A DNA stretch of 64,000 nucleotides from Macrostomum lignano (lineage: Eukaryota): contig NIVC01000249.1 of the NCBI GenBank assembly GCA_002269645.1, positions 124,001 to 188,000 of the forward strand. Direction: 5' to 3'. The stretch's first letter is position 1, and each line of letters starts with the position of its first letter. Below the pieces are notes generated by a model, which had not been told where the DNA came from, did no database searches, and worked only from the letters and a program-made list of their open reading frames with translations. This document shows, in pieces, positions 1 through 55,683 of this stretch. The position numbers and the translations under genes are program-made.

Positions 1-292
1 ATGTCAAGGCTGACAGGGGGAATTGCTGAGATGTCAAGGCTACCGGGGGGAATTGCTGAGATGTCAAGGCTGACAGGGGGAATTGCTGAGATGTCAAGGC
101 TGACAGGGGGAATTGCTGAGATGTCAAGGCTACCGGGGGGAATCGCTGAGATGTCAAGGCTGACAGGGGGAATTGCTGAGATGTCAAGGCTACCGGGGGG
201 AATCGCTGAGATGTCAAGGCTGACAGGGGGAATTGCTGAGATGTCAAGGCTGACAGGAGGAATTGTTGAGATGTCAAGACTGAGAGGTCAGA
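1..292. repeat. 30-bp minisatellite (ATGTCAAGGCTGACAGGGGGAATTGCTGAG)
   Basis: About 10 tandem copies, truncated by the window start. Confidence 0.95.
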
Positions 293-593
293 AGCAGCAT
301 GTAGTTTATTTAAAAAATGTATTCCATTCTTTGTTGGCTCCCCAACGGGAGGTGCTGATTGCTAGTAAAGGGCTATTTTTTTATCAACTAAGCTGTAGGC
401 AGTCAGTCAGGATAATTGCCTAATTAACTCATCAAGATACATTTAACTATATCAAAGCTTTATTTGCATACAAGCGGAATTGGAACTCGACCTTTAGCCA
501 GAGGCGTCAATAAAAGCGTCAATCTAAAATCGTCAGTCTTCGCGCCAGCAGACCAATTTAAAACACAAAAAAGTTGCGATTAACTCGACTTAC

Positions 594-614
594 ATTCCGA
601 ACTGGCGGCCGGAC
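594..614 (-). CDS. Candidate 21-nt phase 1-1 microexon of the Fat gene (GPAASSE), or start of an alternative terminal exon
   Basis: tttttttcttcatttcgcag|GTCCGGCCGCCAGTTCGGAAT|gtaagt: strong acceptor and donor, and the phase matches the donor at 1575. Confidence 0.55.
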
Positions 615-1099
615 CTGCGAAATGAAGAAAAAAGGCAATAAACTGCATTTTTATTTGTCTGCATGATGCAGTTGAGTCACAATTAGTAACTGCTTTTACT
701 GTACTAATATAAAATATAAGGGAAAGTTGGGAAAATCTACGACAGGCGCTAATGGCACGCGATGATGCTGGTCAATTTTGGGCGAGTTGCTACATCCGAA
801 GACAATCGATTATTTTGTAGTCAAGGAAAGCTAGGATGGAAGCCACTCGGCCCGAATAATCAATCTGACTGCATTAAAACCGCTTTAGAGAAGGGAGAGA
901 GAGGTGTCGACTTGATAACCGAGACGGGGACGGCAATCTTCAACTGGAGAAATATCACTGGGCACGGCAAAATGTGACTACGTAATGCCCAGACAGTTGG
1001 AGTGGCCAAAGTGTGCAACTTGTTAACTTGCTAATGAATCAGTAAAATGTACCGGCTGCTGTTAATTCAAGGGCATTCAAAGGCACGGTGCAGTTGCTA

Positions 1100-1565
1100 A
1101 GAATGTTTCTTAGAAAAGAAATTAGAGAATTAGTAGGATATGTTTCTTAGAAAAGTAATATGTTTCTTGGAGACACAATGTTTCTTAAAAAAGTAATATG
1201 TTTCTTGGAGACGCAATTTTTCTTAGAAAAGGAGACCACAACAATATGTTTCTTAGAAAATTAATGTTTCTTACAAAGAAAAGGAATGTTTCTTAAAAAA
1301 TATGTTTGTTAGAAAATGAATAATTCTTACAAAACAATATGTTTCTTAGAAATACATTATGTTACTTAGAAAAGAAATGTGTTTCTTAGAAAAAAATATG
1401 ATTCTTAGAAAGGAAAAATGTTTCCTAGAAAAGGAATATGATTCTTGGAAAGGAAATATGTTTCTTAGAAAGATGAACGCTTCTTAGATAAGAAATGTGT
1501 TTCTTGGAAAAGGAATATGTTTCTTAGAAAAGAAGTTTCTTAGATAAAGAATATAGTTCTTGGAA
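1100..1565. repeat. Degenerate AT-rich repeat (ATGTTTCTTAGAAAA core)
   Basis: Core recurs about 20 times with variable spacing. Confidence 0.85.
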
Positions 1566-1575
1566 AATCTCTCAC

Positions 1576-28281
<26,706 letters not shown>

Positions 28282-28318
28282 CGCTACCCTGCTGCAAAGA
28301 GCCTCGGAGAGGCGTCAC

Positions 28319-28345
28319 CTGCGACGTGTTTATAAAGAAACAGAG
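28319..28345 (-). promoter_or_regulatory. 3' splice acceptor just upstream of the Fat ATG (5'UTR intron or trans-splice site)
   Basis: tctgtttctttataaacacgtcgcag|GTGACG, 37 nt before the ATG at 28281. Confidence 0.55.
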
Positions 28346-30133
28346 TATAGTTTTTACTGTGCTAAATTTTTAGTTTTCAAAATCTGTTTTCTTGTAAAGA
28401 AACAGCTTAAGGATAGGAGATAGATTCAAAAGAGAATAAAGACTGAGTGCAGTTTCGTTCATAAAAAGGGGGAATGACGATAGACTACTGCGTATTATTT
28501 TCCGAGCTTATAACCATAGACAATTCTCTAGAGGCTACGATCGTACATGTACCTTACCAGGGACCTCTGATGTACTCGTGTTACCGCATATCTATGGTAA
28601 TCGCAGAGGCTCTGATCTTACTCAGCCACAGTCCACAGATTAGACGGTTCTAATTTGAGTTCACTGACTTTATATATGAACGTTAGTATAAATGTTCCAA
28701 TATCTGTACACAAGCATACCTATTGAAAAAGAAGTTCCAGTGCGTCTGCCGTGCAAGCGATCTGCGATTTTGCAGGCATTTGCCAAAAAAGCTATAATCA
28801 GCTAATGTAAAAACTTAAATATTAGCCGTATTTCTCTGTTATCCGCTGCAGCGTAAGTCACAGCGGACCACGCGGTTTAGCGTTGTTTCGTAGAAACGGA
28901 TAAATTTAAATTTTAAGCACGATGTCCTAATCGATAAAACAAAACGCAAACAAGATATTTGTCTAGTTTATTAAAAGTATTCATCGCACTGTTTAGAATA
29001 TTGGTTTCAATAGTTTTTTTTATTTTTAATCTCTTTAAACTATTCACAGAAACATGATAACTAAATGTGATTTCGTTGCGACCTCTTGCCAGACGATTAA
29101 AATACAGTATCGCAGAAGTATAGATAAAATATTACTTGTGTTACTTCTGGTAATTTATTAATTTTAATGAATACTCAATAAAAAAATTCGTGCACTAAAT
29201 TTAATATTATTGGAAACTATAGTTAAGCATTAAAACGAAATATTTAAACATTTACTTTTATTTACACGTTTTACAGCCTTTAATGCAACAGAAAATAAAA
29301 ATTCAACAACGAAAGCCGAAAATTCGTCTGAGTTACTAACTAAAACTACTAACTAAAAACTCAATAATTTTTATAATTTTTTTCTAAAATAAGAATTAAA
29401 ATTCGAATTTTTCAGTTACAATTAAAAACTAAAAAAACAGAAATAGAACTAATAATTTCGAATTAAATACTAACTCTAATTTTCCTAACTTAAAAAATCA
29501 AGAAATATATCAAAATTCTATTTAAATTAAGGTATATTAGGATTCTATAACTTTAATGTGATAGGTTTACACCATCAATTCACATAAAATTGAAAATTTC
29601 GTTTATCGGTTTTTAAACCAATTAAGAGCTATCTAACTATGTTATCTATTTTTTCAGTTATACATACGTAAATATCCGGAATTTTTTGTTGTTGCTTGTC
29701 ATCACTAACTCAAAACAAGTAGTTTTAAAATCGTCACCATACTCGAAATTATGAACGTGTATTTGCAGTATCATTAAAGTAGAAAATATGCTTTGAAACT
29801 TATGTACAATATTTATATCAAGAGCGCAGTATTTACAAAGCAGTAACAGAATTTGATTTAACGTATCAAACAAAATAATATACGAGCGTACCTAAGTACT
29901 TTTAGGATATTTATTTTTTTTCATTTTATTTTTATTTAGCTGCTACAAATCAAGTTGCATATCGAGAAAAAAACTTCTTCCATTATTAAAAAATCAATAT
30001 TTGTTATTATTCTTCGCCCGCGACTTCACTCTGCGCGAAGGGACATTTTTCGAACATTTTTGGCTGACTTGTCGAACTGCAATGAAGAAAAACAACGGAG
30101 AGGATTGCAATTTATGAATGTAATGATAAACCA

Positions 30134-35847
<5,714 letters not shown>

Positions 35848-38469
35848 TTTGCTAAAATTGTGAAATTTAATTAATGTTTTTGTTGAAAAGTCACACTGAA
35901 AACCAAATTAAAAGATAAAAGTAAAAAATATTCAAGCACTTTCCTACTTAGCCTTTTATTATAAAAGCTTTTAGAAAATAAGCTAAGATAGCATATATAA
36001 TTATGCTATTAGGTACTCGTAAATACCAAAACTAAAATAAATTTGTATTCTTTAGAAACAATAAATTTATTGTAATCAACTTATCTACACCATTTTATGC
36101 TGCACATTGAATCCCCAAATTTTATGTTGCAGTTTCTTAGTAGCTTGTATGGCTAAGTAGCCAAAAATTTTTACTTGAATTATTTCAAATCATTGTATTT
36201 TTAATAGTTTTTTATATCTACAATCATTCATCAAAGGTACTTTAGGATAAAATCTAATAGTTATGAGCATATGATATGACTATGATACACAGTTATCAAG
36301 AAAAATGTATTAACCAAAAAATCTTAGGGAATAATTACATATACAATAATTTTATATTTTTATAACACTGTAACAATTGGCATATATACTATAAAATATA
36401 TAAGGAAGTGTTACTATACAAAGATAAAGTAATCAACTTTTGCTAAAAAGCTATCTTTAAAAATATATATATACTACAAAAGTTGATATAGGACAATATT
36501 AGTTGAAAAATGAAATTTAACTATGAATATCAAATCACTAAACACTAAATATCATAGAGAATTACTATTTTATGAGACCTAAAGGATACAAGATAAATAT
36601 TAGATTCTAGACCCTTGTTTCATTCATGTTTTAGTAGAAGAGTAAAAAACTTGAATCTGAAAGATTTTAGCATATTAACACACTACTTAACCAAGAAAAA
36701 TTGCTGAACACATTATAATTAGTATCTCCATAACAGCCTTTATTATGTTATTGTATGAGTTGGTATCATAGAACATAGCTTTATACGAGTATATAGCGTT
36801 TTCTACACTAAAAACAATTTTTAGCTGCGTGAAATTAAAATTAGCGTGCTAGGGGTTATTTTTACAAATTCTAAATCTGTATAGTTTTTGCCATACTGAG
36901 AATTCAATTGACAATAATAGAATATAGTTAATCAAAATAACCACGAGCCATCAACATCATTATCAATGAACAACGACAATCAATAGGTGATACAAAACTA
37001 TTAGAAAGTGCTTGAAATGAAAACAATTAAGCTAGTAACGGGCTGCTTTCTTACGTTTTAGCTGCTCAGCTCATGTACTCATGCTATTGGTCGTCACCAC
37101 CATCGCGAGATAGTAATATCTTAGCCCGAAACGTGGACGTCCTTTTTAAAAACTTTTCCGCGTACATCTAGTTAAACAAATGAATGGATACAGCCGCAAG
37201 TATATAGCTAAAAAATTCGAGAAAAAGATTTTTTAGAATAATAAATTCATAGTTTTTTGCGGTAATCTTTTAGGAGCTTAGGCATGTGGATTATGTAATG
37301 ACGGACAAACATAAGAAAACTTTCCTTGTGATGCATTAAAATGTTTAACCCTAATTTTTGACGTACGCTCGTATGTATACAGGGCGTGTGGTAGTAAAGT
37401 GCAGATCGAAAATACAATATATTTTTGCATCCACGTAGCAACAAGATGTTCCCTCAGCTGTTGTCGCTATATGTACAACATACGGTCGCTTACCTATAAT
37501 GTATTAATTATCACCTTTGATGGCATGGCCCATATATGACTCGCCTCCAAGCCGAAACGATATTGTTCCAGACTAAAATCCTGACTAATTGATATCTGCT
37601 TGTATTTTTTGTACTTACCACACCGTAAAGAAACATGAAAATATTTTAATGTATCATGACTTTATTCAAGGACGACTTGGGACTTTTAGTACACCTGCAC
37701 GCTCGTACTTGTGTATAATTTATTCCTAATAGAATATATCTAGTTTTATTGCCGTTGAAACCTACTTATACTAAGAATCGACTATGCTTAATGTGTTTTT
37801 TAAGTTGTAATACATGTAATTAAAGGAGATACGTCTCAAGTAGTTCCAACTCATAATTAAATCAGGAAAAATCGTGCAAAATCGCCAACACAAACTTATA
37901 CGTTAGATTAATTGACAGCTTCATGCACACATAATCCGCTGGTTAAGAACTATGAAGATCTGAGAGATTTAGTATACGGTGAGTATATAGGTGGCTTACA
38001 TACACTCGTAATGTACGTATGATAACACTTTATGTACAGAAATTTCTAGGAATAAATACGACCCCACAAGTTACAACCGTACTTGCCAACTGCGAGCTAC
38101 TGATGGTTCGAGTTTTATCTGCATTAAATACTTTTTTGCTCAAAATTTACTAATTGCAACGTACGAGGCGTCTGGCTTGAAAGAAAATTAGCATAGAGGG
38201 CTAAAAACTAATTAAAATGATCGAAAAATATCATAAGAATTTGGTATAAAATCTATTTGATGAGATCAATAAAAATCGGCAAAAGTACTACGAACGTGCA
38301 CCAAATTTTTAAAGAACGAACATGGCAGTCAACCGTTGGGGACTAAAATCAAAGAAAATCTTTATATGCTTAAGTTAATTGCTTCAAATTGTTGTTCCTG
38401 TAGCCGTATTGCAATCGGCTCTTATGGTAACGCGTCGTAACTGCATGAAATAGACTTAAATAAAGGAAA

Positions 38470-39690
38470 TTAATGTTCCGCTATCGCTCCGATGTGCGCA
38501 ACGGTTGGGCCAGACTCTTCATAATCTGTCTTGGAGATGCGCAATGGCTTACCAAAGCTTATAATTGGCAACTTGGAGGCTCCGAACCAGACGTCGAAGT
38601 TGGGCTGCGTTGGGGCCAAAATGTTGAATCTTAAGTTGGGTGGCGCCAGGTAGGCGAGCTCTTTCTGTAGGCGTTGCTTTGTACCCTTGAAACGCATTGA
38701 GCCTCCGGTTAGCACGATGGTTTGCTGGAATTGGGTGTCCCTTACTCCCTCGTCAGCGGTCAGAATGCTACTTATTAGAATCTGCTGGATTCCTGACTTC
38801 CCCATTTTAAAAGAAGACGGCTGGAACAGGGTCTCGGCGCACCGGAAGCGCTCGTTGCCGATGGTGATCACCCGACCGTCGGGCAGCTTGTAGCTCTTCT
38901 TCAGGGATCTGCTGCTGGCGGCTGTCTGCATCTCTTTTTCGAAGTCCATGGCGACGTAGCACAGCTTCTCCTTGATGTCGCGGACGATCTTGTGCTCGGC
39001 GGTGCTGGTGAAGCTGTAGCCGCGCTCATTTAGCATCTGCGCCAGGTTGTCGGTGAGGTCGCGGCCTGCCAGGTCCAGTCGAAAAGTCGTATTTGGGAGT
39101 ATCTCGTTGTCGTAGACGTGCATGGCCGTTGAGATGCCGTCGCCGGACTCCAGTACGATACCGGTCCAAAGGCAATTTGCATACAGTGCCATTATGGGCG
39201 ACAAGCCAATGTAAATCGATGGGACGTTGAAGGTCTCGAACATGACCTGCGCCATTGTCTCGCGGTTGGCTTTCGGATTGAGCGGCGGCTCCGTCAGGAC
39301 CACCGGGTGCTCCTCTGGGGCCACGGAGAGCTTGTCGTAAAACGCATGGTGCCAGATCTTCTCCATGTCGTCCCAATTGATCACAACGCCGCGCTCGATC
39401 GGGCTCACCAGTGGGAGGTCGCTCTGCTTCTTGTGTACATTTGAACTGATGTAATTGTCGTTCTGGTCAACAACAGCGTCCTGGAATGAATTGAAGTCAG
39501 TTGAAGAAAAGTTATACATGAGAACTAAATTAAACTCTCAGTTTCATCGCTTTTGTACCTTTTGATCGGTTCGTCTAGGAGCCATCGAGTAGAAATAACG
39601 AGGTTTATCGTGCTTCATTCCACCTAATCCGAATCTGCACTCCCTCGAACCGGTGTCAAACACGATTGGGCAGCGGTCGGTTCCAGTCAT
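38470..39690 (-). CDS. Divergent actin / actin-related protein, 380 aa, 2 exons
   Basis: Exon 1 39690-39559 (MTGTDRCPIVFDTGSRECRFG.., the actin DNGSG region). 78-nt GT-AG intron 39558-39481. Exon 2 39480-38470 carries NWDDMEKIWHH, APEEHPV, PLNPKANRE, RDIKEKLCYVA and LPDGRVITIGNERFRC. Confidence 0.92.
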
Positions 39691-40133
39691 GCCTGCTAGC
39701 AGCTGCAACAAGTATGGCGCTCCGTCAATAACTCTTAAGTTGAGATGATGGAAATAAGAAGCCTTATTTAATAGCCACACACTTTTACAAGCGTATGAGT
39801 CGCGGTGAGCCAATTGCATGAAGTCACGTGACCTCTGCCTCTACAGAGCTCTACAAATCTAAATCAATAATAGATTTAGCTGGAGTTATCAAATTTATTG
39901 ACTGAATTGAATACGACACCCACCTTCTCCTTTAAACTGTACGCTTGATATAAAAACTGGCGGGGTTGTGCTTGGATTGAGCGTCACCGTTTCATGAGTA
40001 CAAAAGAGAGCCACTCTCCACTCTCTCCTCGCCTGGGGCCTTGGGACGCAAACTGCATCACCCACACAGTTGAAACGAGAACCGCGGCCGTAGTGTAAAT
40101 TGCGTCACTCGTGAGATCTGAGGAAAAGTTTCT

Positions 40134-40925
40134 GGGAGCCAACAAAGAATGGAATACATTTTTTTAATAAACTACATTTAGTTTCTGACCTCTCAGTCTT
40201 GACATCTCAGCAATTCCCCCGTAACCCTTGACGTCTCAGCGATTCCCCTCGTAAGCCTTGAAATCTCAGCAATCCCCCCGGTAGCCTTGACATCTCAGCA
40301 ATGCCCCCCGTCAGTCTTGAAATCTCAGCAATTCCCCCCGTCAGTCTTGACATCTCAGAAATTCCCCTGTGAGCCTTGACATCTCAGAAATTCCCCCTGT
40401 GAGCCTTGACATCTCAGCAATGTCCCCCGTGAGCCTTGAGATCTCAGAAATTCCCCCTGTGAGCCTTGACATCTCAACAATCCCCCTGTGAGCCTTGACA
40501 TCTCAACAATCCCCCTGTGAGCCTTGACATCTCAGCAATGCCCCCCGTCAGTCTTGAAATTTCAGCAATTCCCCCCGTCAGTCTTGACATCTCAGAAATT
40601 CCCCCTGTGAGCCTTGACATCTCAGAAATTCCCCCTGTGAGCCTTGACATCTCAGCAATGTCCCCCGTGAGCCTTGAGATCTCAGAAATTCCCCCTGTGA
40701 GCCTTGACATCTCAACAATCCCCCTGTGAGCCTTGACATCTCAGCAATGCCCCCCGTCAGTCTTGAAATTTCAGCAATTCCCCCCGTCAGTCTTGACATC
40801 TCAGAAATTCCCCCTGTGAGCCTTGATATCTCAGCAGTGTCCCCCGTGAGCCTTGACATCTCAGCAATGTCCCCTCGTGAGCATTGACATCTCAGCAGTG
40901 TCCCCTCGTGAGCCTTGACATCGTG
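40134..40925 (-). repeat. Inverted copy of the 30-bp minisatellite plus ~60 bp of shared unique flank
   Basis: The reverse complement of 40134-40200 matches 271-342 (..GAGAGGTCAGAA..ATGTATTCCATTCTTTGTTGGCTCCC). Confidence 0.9.
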
Positions 40926-41352
40926 AGTGGACCACTGGTTTCAGGGTGGAAAGTTTAGCATGTTGCGGAGTGCAGCACAAAAATCATTTGATCACATGGG
41001 GGCGTTCAAAGAGTATTTAAAGAGAAAAATTGCGAACGCCAATCCATACCACAGAAATCACAATCAACCAATCGACTGCAGAAAAAATCACGAGTACTTC
41101 ACTCATTGTTTGTTGCTTCTTGGAACAAATGTCTTTTTTCAATCAGCGATTGATTAGTAAATCGTTAATCATTAACATTCTCGCAATCATCACATCGTTA
41201 AAGACAAAATTGTATTTATTATCTGAAAACTCAAATTAAGCATTATAACAGCAAAGAAACTGTGTTCAAAGACTGCATCAATAATTCTTTTCGGGAGTTA
41301 CAAAAGAATTTTTCAATTTTATAGGAACCAAAAGAACCGACAAGGATAGTAA

Positions 41353-41626
41353 TATTCTCAGCAACATCGAAAAGTCGCCATCACGGAAGATTCCATCTGT
41401 GGTCGCCACTTTTGAGAGTGCAGGTAAAGTCTCTCAATCTTTGCGAGTGACGCAACTCAGCTACGCAGCGGCAGACTTGAGTTGAGGAATGAAGAGGGAA
41501 AAATGAAGAGGGTTGGACGGATTTAAGCTACTCGGATCAGTTTTCTCGTATCTTTATTTCAGAATAGTCCAAGAGTAATCGCTCACTGGCGTATAGAGTG
41601 GCGACTTTTCTATGTTTCTGAGTATA
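41353..41626. mobile_element. Candidate MITE with ~26-bp imperfect TIRs and TA flanks
   Basis: CTCAGCAACATCGAAAAGTCGCCA (41357-41380) versus TGGCGACTTTTCTATGTTTCTGAG (41599-41622): 22/24 inverted match. Confidence 0.55.
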
Positions 41627-42067
41627 CATACGCTCGTACATATGCAGTCCTTTCTGTAGGTTAACTACTCGTATTACTAGCAAGGCGTTATGGAAGCTAA
41701 ACAAGTTTGAAAGCACAAAACTGCCATTATGTAATTTTAATTAAAATAATACAACAGTAATATCAAGCACAGAACTTTCTGTAAATTCTGTGATATCAAG
41801 AGAGGACCAGAGAACGCATAACACACTGAGTTATAGGTTTAGCCATAAACTAATTAGCATCGAATTTCTTGAGACCATACTAAATGCATTCCTGATCGGC
41901 GTCCAGCTGATTTCTAAAGAAAACACAATGTGTAGCGTCCTAGTACTTCAATTGTCCAAGGTACAAGCCTCTGCTGTGTGCAGTGTTGTTAATTAGTCTC
42001 ATTGATTCGGAACTGGTTGCAATTTCCAATTCGTCTCAAAGCATTTCAACCGAGTCCGCCGTTAAGT

Positions 42068-53726
<11,659 letters not shown>

Positions 53727-55683
53727 GAGTGAAGATTTTTGCTGCTTCAACGCTGGTAGCTATTGTGCGTGTTTGATCAGCGGGGTAAAATTCACTGTTG
53801 AGATTTCTGGGATATGCTTGGACGTAAACTTCTCAAATTCATTGCTGGGGTCTTCTCAGATTTATGATTTCTCTGTGCTGAGGTGAGACTTGTAAAAAAT
53901 GATTATTCTAGACGCATGAGCGACGTAGAGGCACGAATGGGGATTAAAGTGGATAGCTATTAGACAATTCGAGGTGAGGTAGGTTTTGGCAGGGATTCGC
54001 TTTAACGGTTTGCCTCTCATGGGCGGCGTAGGATCCGACTTATGTGTCATATTTCCCCTTCTTTGCAAGCGAGAGAGTAGAAAAGGAAAGAGTACGTTTA
54101 AACCTTGCACGTCCCTCTGGGGCTGAGCAGGGATCGAAGTGTGGCTCGTAAAAGAGCACAGAAAGAGCAGGAGACAGAAAGACGCGTTTTTTGAGTAGCA
54201 GCTGTTGCTGTTGCCAATATAACAATCCCCACGCGTGGACAGTTGATCCCGAACTGCTTTCCCGATCTGCTGGCGTGGGGATTCAGTTAGGAAGTGAGGT
54301 GGGGGGGGGAGTCTCGCAATTTCTGTATGTGGGTGGTTGCGCTGGCGTACAGGACAGCTATGGCTTAGCCAAACACCAAGACTAGATAGACCAGGTATTC
54401 TGTGGGATAGACGGTGCTCCGACTTTGACCTAAGAAAGAATTTTACAAATTGATATTTCAAGATTGAAATTCATTGCCGTAGAACAAACTGGGGTGGCTC
54501 GCATGCTTAGAATCGCATGTAAATAATAATATATGATTTCCATAGTGTGCCAGGGTCCAACAATCCCACGTACTGGTAGCTCGTACATTAGCTGAATACA
54601 TGTTTAAAGTTGCTGTAAAGTCCAACAAACAAACAATTGTCTTCGCAAATCTGTTTTAGATGAATTTATAGTCTGCATGAATTGTGGTGGGAGCATGATC
54701 AGCTGTTTTTGTCCTGCCAAACACGTACTGCAAAGATGCGTGCAAATTAATTGTTTTGCACTTAGAATTTCTCACACTATAAATATTTCCTTTGCAAACA
54801 ATTAAATAAATATATACAGATAAACTGTTTTCTGTATCTTACTCAACATAGTCAAATTGTCAACCATACGTAAAACGCATAGCCAACTGAAATCCAACAT
54901 AACAATTGTTGCATCAATATTATTAAGTTATTTAACGGACATCAGAATTTAAATATTACAAGACTAAAATCAAGACGTACATTGCATTAATGCATTATGC
55001 AAGGAACAGTTACATGTCCTTTAAATTTTATGCATTGAATTTATGTTTAACTTCAAAGCTAAAAGCTGATGGTCATTTTTTTATTAGTTAGACTTTCATT
55101 AGTTAAATTTATTTTTTTAAATAGCATTCGTAGTCATCAAACACAAGCGACAAATTTTTCTTCATAAATCTACCTAATTATTTACGCTTTAAAACTGCGC
55201 TTTCTGTGAATTTCGTTGCTTAATTTCACTATGGGTTTTAAAATAATTTTTTATTGCATTTTTTTATTTCAGCATCTTTAAATTTGAAATATAGTTTAAA
55301 AAATAATATAGTTTTAAATATTCTGTATATAACCAGCACACAACTTTTTAAATTAAAAAAATGCTGCACGCGCTCTAAATTTGAAGCAAGTTTGAGGTAA
55401 AAGTAAAACAAAACTTTTAAATGTTTTTACGCATGAAATATTCTAATTAAGATGCTACCAGCAAAGTAAACTAATCGAATTTTTCTAGTTTGTTTTTCAA
55501 AATCATCTTTAGTGGCGTAACAATCGAACTCGACTTTTAATTTGAAAATCTGCTCAGGGTTGAACTCATCGCCCGCCAGTCGTTTCTTAACTCTGGCGCA
55601 ACTTGGCTGTCATAGTGAAAACTTCAGACTCCTCTTTCACTTATGCAGCTGGTTTTCCCAGCTGATTAAAATTTTCACTACAC

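Noticed and set aside
1-423. 140-aa MSRLTGGIAE-repeat ORF (also 40474-40859)
   Set aside because: Translation of a 30-bp minisatellite; no splice or start context, and it lies in intronic or intergenic sequence.
28512-28600. Short inverted repeat ACCATAGA..TCTATGGT
   Set aside because: Only ~8-9 bp with no clear TSD; compatible with chance.
35850-38460. Long AT-rich intergenic block as a possible transposon
   Set aside because: No TIRs, LTRs or transposase/RT-like ORF could be found by eye.
39481-39519. ORF-track start MYNFSS.. for the actin-like gene, and the MQLAHR.. extension to 39819
   Set aside because: The first lies in the 78-nt intron. The second precedes the actin-homologous start at 39690 and has no similarity to actin.
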